A stretch of DNA of 20,000 nucleotides from an uncultured virus (IMG/VR IMGVR_UViG_3300046007_007003) (Duplodnaviria; Heunggongvirae; Uroviricota; Caudoviricetes). Shown here piece after piece: positions 7,339 to 13,915 of the stretch. Location: the IMG/VR virus record IMGVR_UViG_3300046007_007003; one strand, given 5' to 3'. The notes beneath the pieces were generated by a model. It saw only the letters and a program-made list of their open reading frames with translations. It did no database searches and had not been told where the DNA came from. Within the stretch, counting starts at the first letter, position 1; every line of letters begins with the position of its first letter. Made by a program: the position numbers and the translations under genes.

Positions 7339-7959
7339 CTACTCGGCAGCCATGCGGGCGGCGGCGCTGGCCTTGCGCGTCATATCCGCGACCATCGATT
7401 TAAGCTCGGCCGGGTCGCGCTTGTCCGCGTTTCGGTATGGCATGCAGAGCCCGAAAATATCGGACCGGCCGTAAAAGGTCACAAGCGCGGGGGAGTGTCC
7501 GCAATGGTGAACCTGCGGCTTGCTGAGCTTGTCGCCGAGCATGACAGCCGCCTTGCGGAAGCCTTCAAGATAGGCGGGGTCGTATTGCGCCAGCGTGCCA
7601 AGCTCGGCCATGTCCGGCATGACGCGGGACCAGTCGGGGAAGCTGCCATCGACGGGGCGGAAGAGGATATCCCCAAGAGTGTAAGCACCGCCGCGCCGGG
7701 CGAGACCGATACCGGGGGCCTTGTGCCCCTTCAAAGCCCGGGCGATAATCTCGGCCGGGATGATAAATTTTTCGCCGGGGATGATTTCGGGCACGCGCGC
7801 GACCATCAGGCGGTGCCCGTCAGTTGCGACAAGGTGCAGGGTCGCGCCGTCAGGCTCGACCGAGACGCCTTGCAGGTAGTAGCGCGTCTCTTCGGTCGAT
7901 ACGGCAAGCGCGACGGCGCGCAGGATATCGCAGGGCAGAGTAACGTCGAAGTCGGACAT
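7339..7959 (-). CDS. Truncated DNA polymerase III beta (sliding clamp)-like protein, 206 aa
   Basis: Start re-called at ATG 7959 (AGGAG RBS). AVSTEETRYYLQGV...LVATDGHRL and VDGSFPDWSRVMP correspond to DnaN central-domain motifs and the linker to domain 3. The N-terminal domain is absent. Confidence 0.82.
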   Translation of the reverse strand: MSDFDVTLPCDILRAVALAVSTEETRYYLQGVSVEPDGATLHLVATDGHRLMVARVPEIIPGEKFIIPAEIIARALKGHKAPGIGLARRGGAYTLGDILFRPVDGSFPDWSRVMPDMAELGTLAQYDPAYLEGFRKAAVMLGDKLSKPQVHHCGHSPALVTFYGRSDIFGLCMPYRNADKRDPAELKSMVADMTRKASAAARMAAE

Positions 7960-7981
7960 TGGCAGGGCTCCTAAAGCAAGC

Positions 7982-8036
7982 GGGGCGGGATTGCCCCGCC
8001 CCGTGTATCGCATACGCTCGGCCGCGAAGGCAAGCG
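7982..8036 (-). promoter_or_regulatory. Early-gene leader repeat copy 2
   Basis: gcaagcg at 8030-8036, N15, tcgcata at 8008-8014, hairpin GGGGCGGGGCAATCCCGCCCC at 7982-8002. Confidence 0.85.
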
Positions 8037-8042
8037 GTAATT

Positions 8043-9236
8043 TTATGCGACCTTATCCAGCATCGCCCCGGCGCGCTTTTCCAGCTCCACCCGGTCGTCC
8101 TGATGCGGGACGTCCCGCGCAACGGCGGTAATCGCCTGCGCGACGTCCCATACTGACGCGACCGGGCGGCCTTCCTCTTCAAGGTGCCGGGCGGCGGCGG
8201 CCTTCGCCATCCGCTGCGAAAGCCCGGCGCGCTTAGTCAGGAAATCGAGCCGATCATCGTCATCCTTGGCGATGATCGCGTCCCGCGCCGCCTTCACCCC
8301 GTCGAGGAATTTTGCGGTCGCACCCTGCGCGAAGGATTGCAGCGCCGGGCGGGCTTCCGCCGCGAAGCGGTCCGGGGCGAATTTTGTATGCCGGATCTTG
8401 ATTTCCTGAAAATTCTCCACGCCCCAGAGGTTGCGGTTCATACAGACGCCGCGGAGATACATTGCCGCAATTCCGGCGGTTTTGCTGCCCGTCTCACTGT
8501 TCCAAGCGTAGAAGCCCCGGAAAACAAGGTCCGGCTCGCCGTTTGCAAGTTTCCCGATCTCGATCGGGTTGCGATCATCGACGAGGAAAACGAAAACGTC
8601 GCGGTCGCTGGCGAAAAGGGTTGTGGTTTCCATGCTAACCGGGATTTCGGGATCATACACGGCCAAGCCGTTGCGGCTGCCAACCATCATGCCCGGCACT
8701 TTCCAGCGGCCTTCGCTGGCATCGACAAGCCGCTTGATCGGCTCAATGATTTCCCAATCGTGGATGCGGCCATAGTCGGGGCCGGTGGCGGCGCGCAACT
8801 CGCCCGGCACGGCCCCCGCTTCGCTGTCGTAGAGCTTCACCAGTTCTTTGCCGCGATTATAGCGCAGGCCCCATTGCAGGCAGTCAGCGGCCAGAGGGGC
8901 CGGGAGGTCGCGCAGGTAGCCCGCCGGAGCACCGGCCAGCGTCGCGACCTGTGAGAAGGACCAGTGCGTCGGGGCCGTCATGTTCTCGGCGCGGTTCTCG
9001 TCGGTGTATTCGATCAGGACGGAGCCGGTCGTCGGGTTGGCCTCGTCGATCTCACCGACCACCTTGATCTTGTGGGTGTTGACGATGCGGCTGTCGAGGC
9101 GGCGCGCGTCGGCTTTCTTGTGCGTCAGCATCGCATCCAACGACAGGAATTTTTCGTCGGCCGGGCGGCTCCACCATTGCGCGGAAACCGCGCCGTTGCC
9201 GATCCCGTGAGCGAAAGCGTTGGTCTGGTAGGTCAT
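8043..9236 (-). CDS. DUF932-family protein, 397 aa
   Basis: Start re-called at ATG 9236 (GGAG RBS). Motifs WWSRPADEKFLSL, PTHWSFSQ..LAGAPAGYLR, LRAATGPDYGRI, FRGFYAWNSETGS, YLRGVCMNRNLWG and IRHTK, as I recall from DUF932 proteins of alphaproteobacterial plasmids, ICEs and phages. Confidence 0.82.
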   Translation of the reverse strand: MTYQTNAFAHGIGNGAVSAQWWSRPADEKFLSLDAMLTHKKADARRLDSRIVNTHKIKVVGEIDEANPTTGSVLIEYTDENRAENMTAPTHWSFSQVATLAGAPAGYLRDLPAPLAADCLQWGLRYNRGKELVKLYDSEAGAVPGELRAATGPDYGRIHDWEIIEPIKRLVDASEGRWKVPGMMVGSRNGLAVYDPEIPVSMETTTLFASDRDVFVFLVDDRNPIEIGKLANGEPDLVFRGFYAWNSETGSKTAGIAAMYLRGVCMNRNLWGVENFQEIKIRHTKFAPDRFAAEARPALQSFAQGATAKFLDGVKAARDAIIAKDDDDRLDFLTKRAGLSQRMAKAAAARHLEEEGRPVASVWDVAQAITAVARDVPHQDDRVELEKRAGAMLDKVA

Positions 9237-9257
9237 GTCACTTGCTCCAAAAGTGAA

Positions 9258-9311
9258 GGGGCGGGATTGCCCCGCCCCCTCTGTCGCATAACCTCGCACA
9301 GTGTGCAAGCG
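9258..9311 (-). promoter_or_regulatory. Early-gene leader repeat copy 3
   Basis: gcaagcg at 9305-9311, N14, tcgcata at 9284-9290, and a hairpin at 9258-9278 identical to copy 2. Confidence 0.85.
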
Positions 9312-9324
9312 GTTTTTTCGGAAA

Positions 9325-9621
9325 TTATCGGCCCGCCTCGACGACGGACGCCTCGGCCTCTAGCGCCCGCTCGATCTGCCGCACCGCGTGCAGTCGTGCG
9401 AAGTGGACCGCGCAGTCACGCCGGTAGGTGTCGGGCTGTCCGGGATAGTCGCGCCCGTTGGGGACCAAGATGCCGAGACGCTCCTGCAAGAGGCGCAGCG
9501 CATCCAAGGCGCTGATTCGGTCCTCGATCAAGTGCGCCCGCGCCGACCCGTTGAGGTTGAAAATCGGGCGCATCGGCTCGTCGAGCATGGGCGGGCAGTA
9601 AATCGGGCTTTGCTGGTTCAT
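9325..9621 (-). CDS. Hypothetical phage protein, 98 aa (…PIFNLNGS…PNGRDYP…)
   Basis: Start re-called at ATG 9621 with a GGAGGAGG RBS. Confidence 0.75.
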   Translation of the reverse strand: MNQQSPIYCPPMLDEPMRPIFNLNGSARAHLIEDRISALDALRLLQERLGILVPNGRDYPGQPDTYRRDCAVHFARLHAVRQIERALEAEASVVEAGR

Positions 9622-9693
9622 TCTTACCTCCTCCGGTTGCCGTTCCGAAAACCACCCCGCCGCGCCTTGGGCATGGGGCGTCGGGACACATCG

Positions 9694-9722
9694 TCCCACA
9701 CTTCGCGGCCGTATAGCAGGCG
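9694..9722 (-). promoter_or_regulatory. Degenerate leader repeat copy 4: CGCCTGC-N15-TGTGGGA
   Basis: Same spacing as copies 1-2, with 1 and 2 mismatches in the two boxes. It lacks the GCAAT hairpin. Confidence 0.5.
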
Positions 9723-9748
9723 GCCGATCCAGTCGATCAGGAAGAACA

Positions 9749-10000
9749 TTAGGCGGCGTCCTCTGCCAGAGCATAATGCGCGGCGATCTCATAACAGTTG
9801 ATCTCGCCCAGCGCACAGTTGATCAAGTCAGAGAACAGCCCCCACTGCGGCGGCAAATCCGCCAGCATATTGTTGAGCGTATCCTTGATATGCGCGGCGC
9901 AAATGGTCTGCCCTTCGTCAATCTCCTGCTGGAAATAATCGCCCAGCCACAGGTTTACGAGCCACGTTTCCTTGTTCGGCCATCCGTTGTAGTTGGCCAT
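9749..10000 (-). CDS. Small acidic phage protein of the YNGWxNxETWxVNLW family, 83 aa
   Basis: ATG 10000 with GGAGG RBS. The N-terminal YNGWPNKETWLVNLW motif is common in small phage early proteins (possibly DUF7249; unverified). Confidence 0.8.
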   Translation of the reverse strand: MANYNGWPNKETWLVNLWLGDYFQQEIDEGQTICAAHIKDTLNNMLADLPPQWGLFSDLINCALGEINCYEIAAHYALAEDAA

Positions 10001-10043
10001 TGGTAGGTCCTCCAAAGCACCGCCGCACCATCGCGGCCCGCAG

Positions 10044-10072
10044 AAGGTATGCGATCATCCGCGACAGGTCAA
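10044..10072 (-). promoter_or_regulatory. Sigma70-like promoter TTGACC-N17-TACCTT, overlapped by an inverted TATGCGA box
   Basis: -35 at 10072-10067, -10 at 10049-10044. Plus-strand tatgcga at 10048-10054. Confidence 0.72.
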
Positions 10073-10480
10073 GGCCAAAACATCTTCCCATGGCGGCGGC
10101 CACTGCCAGAGGCCGACAGGCTCGACCGCGTCGACCCCGTCCATCCTCAGGGCGACCGCGTCGCGGCCGTGGAAAAGATAGAGCGACCTCGGACGATCCT
10201 TGCCCGCCGACCTCTCGACCAGAACCCAAACGCTCGCGTGCCCGTGCCGGGTCAACCATGCGACCTGATGGGGACTCAGCGCGACCGCCCTCGTGCCGGT
10301 CGTCTTGAGTTCCAGAAAGTGGAACCGGCCCGCCTCGTCACAGAGCAGGACGTCCGGGACGCCCGGCATGGCCCAAGTCTCAATCCTCGTCGTCGTCCAC
10401 TGCGTCGGCATCTTCGATAGTGCCTGCCGGAGGGACGCCCAGAGTTTGCTTTCCGGGGTTTTCGTTGGGCGTGACGTCAA
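10055..10480 (-). CDS. PD-(D/E)xK nuclease (VRR-NUC / Holliday-junction-resolvase-like)
   Basis: ESKLW...RIET...PGVPDVL...FLELK...LSPHQVAW motif pattern. TTG start overlapping the terS 3' end; start position uncertain. Confidence 0.85.
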   Translation of the reverse strand: MTSRPTKTPESKLWASLRQALSKMPTQWTTTRIETWAMPGVPDVLLCDEAGRFHFLELKTTGTRAVALSPHQVAWLTRHGHASVWVLVERSAGKDRPRSLYLFHGRDAVALRMDGVDAVEPVGLWQWPPPWEDVLALTCRG

Positions 10481-11015
10481 TCACCGATCCTCCCAGTTCT
10501 TGAATGGCCCGCAGCACTTCTTCCTTGCTCATCGAGTCGATGCTGCCGTGCCGGATTTCAGATTTGCTGACGTAGATGTTCCCGTGCGCCATGCCGCGCC
10601 GGACCTCGGCCTGCACGGCGGCAGAATACTTTCCATTCGCCAGCGCCTCGTCGCGGATGATCTGCAAGTCGCGCAGGTGCCGCTCGAAGGTGATTCCATA
10701 CATCTCATCGAGCTCAGACCGATATTCCCGAATCTTCTTGGCGATGTTGGGATACAGACGAGGATTCATCATCCTGTGGGCGGATTGGTGCGCCGAGGCG
10801 GGGGCAAAGCCTGCGTTGATCGCGGCCTGTCGGGCCGTGATCTGCCCGTCCTTCGACACAATCTCCTTGACGAAAAGCTCCTGCTTTCTGGTCAGGGCCT
10901 TCGTCACAGGGGCCATCGGCATGTCTTTGGGCCTTTTGGCCCGGTAGGCAACGCTTGAGTCGCGTTTCTGGATCTTCAAGGCAAGCTGCACTTGCTTCTC
11001 GACTTCATCGCTCAT
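10380..11015 (-). CDS. terS: Terminase small subunit, 211 aa
   Basis: Start re-called at ATG 11015 (MSDEVEKQ; a later start is possible). LTRKQELFVKE...ARQAAINAGF...SA...AHRMM..P.IAKKI is an HTH pattern of Terminase_2-type TerS, followed by SAAVQAE..RG and a VIDVTP tail. Confidence 0.82.
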   Translation of the reverse strand: MSDEVEKQVQLALKIQKRDSSVAYRAKRPKDMPMAPVTKALTRKQELFVKEIVSKDGQITARQAAINAGFAPASAHQSAHRMMNPRLYPNIAKKIREYRSELDEMYGITFERHLRDLQIIRDEALANGKYSAAVQAEVRRGMAHGNIYVSKSEIRHGSIDSMSKEEVLRAIQELGGSVIDVTPNENPGKQTLGVPPAGTIEDADAVDDDED

Positions 11016-11058
11016 GGTCTTGTCCCCGCTTATCGCATACGGCTGGAAGGTTCCAAAA

Positions 11059-11359
11059 GGCTCTATGTATATATGGCTGGAAAATCCGAGAGGCTCGAAA
11101 ATTTTTTTGAACCCCCTTAAGGCACTTTTCGTTTTTTGCCCCGCGGCCCCCTTGGACGGCCTTCCCCGGCCTTCCCGGCCCCATTCGGGAGGGGATACAT
11201 CGGTTACATATTTCAAAAACATCACTTAGCTACTTAGTGAAACTACTAACCCTATATATATAAAGGGAAAAACAGTGGTGGTTAACGGAAAAACATCGGT
11301 TACGGTCATTTTCATTTCATTCACCTCGTTAGAGTTTGGCTCCATATATATACAGGGCC
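11059..11359. other. AT-rich non-coding region with inverted and direct repeats; candidate replication origin or packaging site
   Basis: Imperfect 18-bp inverted repeats at 11059-11076 and 11342-11359 (15/18). ACATCGGTTAC x2 at 11197-11207 and 11293-11303. CCCTATATATATAAAGGG near-palindrome at 11250-11267. Confidence 0.55.
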
Positions 11360-11406
11360 GTGATCCGCGAACCGCGTCCCGTGATCCGCGTCCCGTGATC
11401 CGCGTC
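11358..11406. repeat. 7-bp tandem array CCGYGNN x7
   Basis: ccgtgat ccgcgaa ccgcgtc ccgtgat ccgcgtc ccgtgat ccgcgtc. Confidence 0.92.
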
Positions 11407-11417
11407 CCACCCCCCTT

Positions 11418-12032
11418 TCACCTCGCCCCATCCTTTCTGACGACCCACACTGCTTTGAGTGACGCGCCGTAGGACTGTCGTTGTGAGTATGGGATTTCCT
11501 TGACTGGGATGGGTTTGACGAGGGCTTTTCGGGTGAGTCTATCGAGTGCGCCTTTGGTTGCTTGTCTAGAGATGGAGAGTTTGTGTGCGATATCGACGAT
11601 GGCGAGTCCTGTTGGGTATGCTGTCAGGATTTTCATGATGAGTTCGTCTGTGGGGTTTGTCCCTCCGGGTTGGTATCGTGCGTAGGCTGCTTTGATGATG
11701 AGGTCTGGCCCCGGGTCGGCCCCCATCCCTGCGCTGCCCTCTGCGCCCCGCTGGGGCCCATCCCCGGCATTCGGCTGGGTTGGTGCCTGAATTCCTTCCC
11801 TGCCTGCCCACGGCCTTCCTAGGCGCGCTGACGGGGTGCGCGGGGCGGCGTCGTCTATGTCCCGCGGTGCTTGTCGGCGTTGCGGGTTAGCGGTCAAGGT
11901 CCGTGGTCCGTGGTCTATTTTGAGTGCTTCGAGTTCTTCGGCTCTATGTCTGTGGATAGCGTCGGCGATTTGGGCTTCGTATTTTGTGGCGAGTTTGGCG
12001 TTGAGGTTGTAGGCTGGGATGAGGAGGTTCAT
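11418..12032 (-). CDS. Putative DNA-binding protein with C-terminal winged HTH, 204 aa
   Basis: Start re-called at ATG 12032 (AGGA RBS). ELIMKILTAYPTGLAIVDIAHKLSISRQATKGALDRLTRKALV...AVW fits a wHTH pattern. Confidence 0.7.
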   Translation of the reverse strand: MNLLIPAYNLNAKLATKYEAQIADAIHRHRAEELEALKIDHGPRTLTANPQRRQAPRDIDDAAPRTPSARLGRPWAGREGIQAPTQPNAGDGPQRGAEGSAGMGADPGPDLIIKAAYARYQPGGTNPTDELIMKILTAYPTGLAIVDIAHKLSISRQATKGALDRLTRKALVKPIPVKEIPYSQRQSYGASLKAVWVVRKDGAR

Positions 12033-12066
12033 TTTTGGGGTTCCTGTATTTTGGCGGGGATCAGGA

Positions 12067-12261
12067 TCATCGGTTGCTCCGTGGATAATACTCGTCGAGT
12101 TTGCCGTCTTCGACGGCGCAGCGCAGTAGCTCACGGGCTACATCTGAGAAGGGACGGTTAACGAGGAGGGCGTGTATGTTAACCGCGTCGAAGACATGCT
12201 GGTCCATCGTGATGACGATGCGTGGATCGCTGTCCTCGGTCAGGTAGTGGCCCTCGGCCAT
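12067..12261 (-). CDS. Small protein, possible ribbon-helix-helix regulator, 64 aa
   Basis: ATG 12261 with TGATG coupling. RIVITMDQHVFDAV...NRPFSDVARELLRCAV has a beta-helix-helix pattern. Confidence 0.6.
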   Translation of the reverse strand: MAEGHYLTEDSDPRIVITMDQHVFDAVNIHALLVNRPFSDVARELLRCAVEDGKLDEYYPRSNR

Positions 12262-12506
12262 CACACATTCTTCCACGGGTTTGACTCCGGGCGGGAGTCG
12301 CGGGCTGGGTTGTCGCTCGACAACCGGCGCTCCAGTTTCCGCAGCTCCTCGGCCACGGTCTCGTTGGGCTCGTTGAATGCGGGGTCCACCTGCATCAGGC
12401 GGTTCGCGGTCCTCGACCATAGGTCCCGCCAATACTCGGCGCGCTCCTTCCAGTAGGCAGCCTGCCGCGCCTGCTCTTGCAGTTGGATGCGGAGGTCGTC
12501 GGTCAT
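12261..12506 (-). CDS. Hypothetical protein, 81 aa
   Basis: AAGGAG RBS, ATGA coupling upstream and TGATG downstream. Confidence 0.7.
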   Translation of the reverse strand: MTDDLRIQLQEQARQAAYWKERAEYWRDLWSRTANRLMQVDPAFNEPNETVAEELRKLERRLSSDNPARDSRPESNPWKNV

Positions 12507-12814
12507 GGCTTGTCTCCTTTCAGGGCCGCGATTATCAAGCGCGTAGCATCCTTGGCAGTCATCGGTTGGGCTTCATCTCGCAGTCCGCGACACGCCTTCT
12601 CAATCTCTTTCGCCACAGACAGGCCGCGTTCAATATCACCCCGCAGCCTCTCGATCTCGGCGGCTTGGGCTTCGATGCTGTCGGAAGCTGCATCCAGCGC
12701 AGGCGGCTTTACGGCGGGCAGAGCGTCGATGGCGTCGTGCGCTTCATAACGATGCACGGACTGGCGACAGGCATTAATCGCATCGCCCCTGCGGATCAGG
12801 TCGTTATCACTCAT
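12503..12814 (-). CDS. Modular hypothetical protein (DLIRRGDAI..ALPAV module + IEAQAAEIERL module), 103 aa
   Basis: Start re-called at ATG 12814 with AGGAGG RBS. Confidence 0.75.
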   Translation of the reverse strand: MSDNDLIRRGDAINACRQSVHRYEAHDAIDALPAVKPPALDAASDSIEAQAAEIERLRGDIERGLSVAKEIEKACRGLRDEAQPMTAKDATRLIIAALKGDKP

Positions 12815-13277
12815 CCTTGCCTCCTGTAAGTTCTGCGAGGGTGGCGCGGGCATCAGAAACCCAATCGCCTTGCATGTTGTATCCATGCTTGTTGTGGTCA
12901 TCCCAACAAATCAAAGCCCAATCAATGACATTTACCGCCTTCGCCAGCTTGTCCTCAAGATCACGCACTGCCTGCGTCCCGATCCTGCCCATCTCGTCGT
13001 AGGCGTCACGGTATTTCTCGCAGGTGGTCAGCGCACCCCGCAGCCTCTCGATCTCGGCGGCTTGGGCTTTGATCAGGTCTTCGTGCAGTTTGCGCTCCGC
13101 TTCCATTGCATTGGCGTAGCCCCGCTGTTCCGCTGCCTGCACCAGATCGGCTCGGACGTATTCCACTGTGCTCATCGGCTCATCTTCATGCTGCCAAGTC
13201 TGCTCTTGCCAAACACTGTCGGCCAGCCAACCCCAAGCCCATATCCGCTCAGGCGCTTCGTGTGTAATGTCAGTCAT
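12807..13277 (-). CDS. Modular hypothetical protein (APERIW..EYVRADL + AQAAEIERL + ARATLAEL modules), 156 aa
   Basis: ORF track entry, AGGACAGGA RBS, overlaps with both neighbours. Confidence 0.78.
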   Translation of the reverse strand: MTDITHEAPERIWAWGWLADSVWQEQTWQHEDEPMSTVEYVRADLVQAAEQRGYANAMEAERKLHEDLIKAQAAEIERLRGALTTCEKYRDAYDEMGRIGTQAVRDLEDKLAKAVNVIDWALICWDDHNKHGYNMQGDWVSDARATLAELTGGKDE

Positions 13278-13632
13278 CGTCCTGTCCTTTCAGTTCTGCG
13301 AGGGTGGCGCGGGCTTTGTTGCACCGTTCACAGTCGCACCCGTCATCCATCGTTTTTCCCGCCTCCAACGCCATCGCCAGCTTGGCCTCTGCCGACTTTG
13401 CTCGCTGATAATTCGACTGCGACACTTCGGCCCACTCGGCGCACGCTTTCTCCAGCCTCTCGATCTCCGCGGCTTGGGCTTCAATGCGGTCGGCTAATAC
13501 CTTCAGGGCTTCGGCACTGTCACACTCGCAGTCAGGATCGCGCAGACCTCTGCCTGTGTAGGCTGGATGGCAACGGCATTTCACAAGGTCTTGAAGTTCT
13601 GCCAGAGCCTGCTCCACTGGGTCGTCGGTCAT
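13270..13632 (-). CDS. Modular Cys-containing hypothetical protein (IEAQAAEIERL + ARATLAEL), 120 aa
   Basis: Start re-called at ATG 13632 (GGAGGAG RBS, TGATG coupling). Confidence 0.78.
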   Translation of the reverse strand: MTDDPVEQALAELQDLVKCRCHPAYTGRGLRDPDCECDSAEALKVLADRIEAQAAEIERLEKACAEWAEVSQSNYQRAKSAEAKLAMALEAGKTMDDGCDCERCNKARATLAELKGQDDD

Positions 13633-13715
13633 CACTTCTCCTCCCTCTTCCACTTCCTGAACACGATCTTGAAAGCCTCGGTCACGGCGCGCTCGACTTC
13701 TTCTTCGGTGATCAT
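13632..13715 (-). CDS. 27-aa microprotein MITEEEVERAVTEAFKIVFRKWKREEK
   Basis: Not in the ORF track. It fills the gap exactly, with an ATGA overlap at the start, TGATG at the stop, and a GGAGGGG RBS. Confidence 0.7.
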   Translation of the reverse strand: MITEEEVERAVTEAFKIVFRKWKREEK

Positions 13716-13915
13716 GACTTCCCCTCCAGCGCCGCGATCCGATCACGTAACTCCTTGAACAGCCGGAACTGCCGCAGCCAGTTCCTGTTTCCAGCAAGCG
13801 GGCTCGTGTCGAAACCCAACTCGCGCATCAACTCCACGCGCTCGGCTTCCTCTTCCGCAGTCAACGGCGTCTCGACAAACGCCAAGCGCGGCTTTGGGTC
13901 TTTCTTCTTTGTCAT
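13712..13915 (-). CDS. Hypothetical protein, 67 aa
   Basis: ORF track entry, GAGG RBS, 4-nt overlaps with both neighbours. Confidence 0.72.
   Translation of the reverse strand: MTKKKDPKPRLAFVETPLTAEEEAERVELMRELGFDTSPLAGNRNWLRQFRLFKELRDRIAALEGKS

Noticed and set aside
11016..11225. 70-aa N-terminal extension of TerS in the ORF track
   Set aside because: It crosses the repeat-rich AT region and the TATGCGA box. ATG 11015 has a plausible GGGGA RBS.
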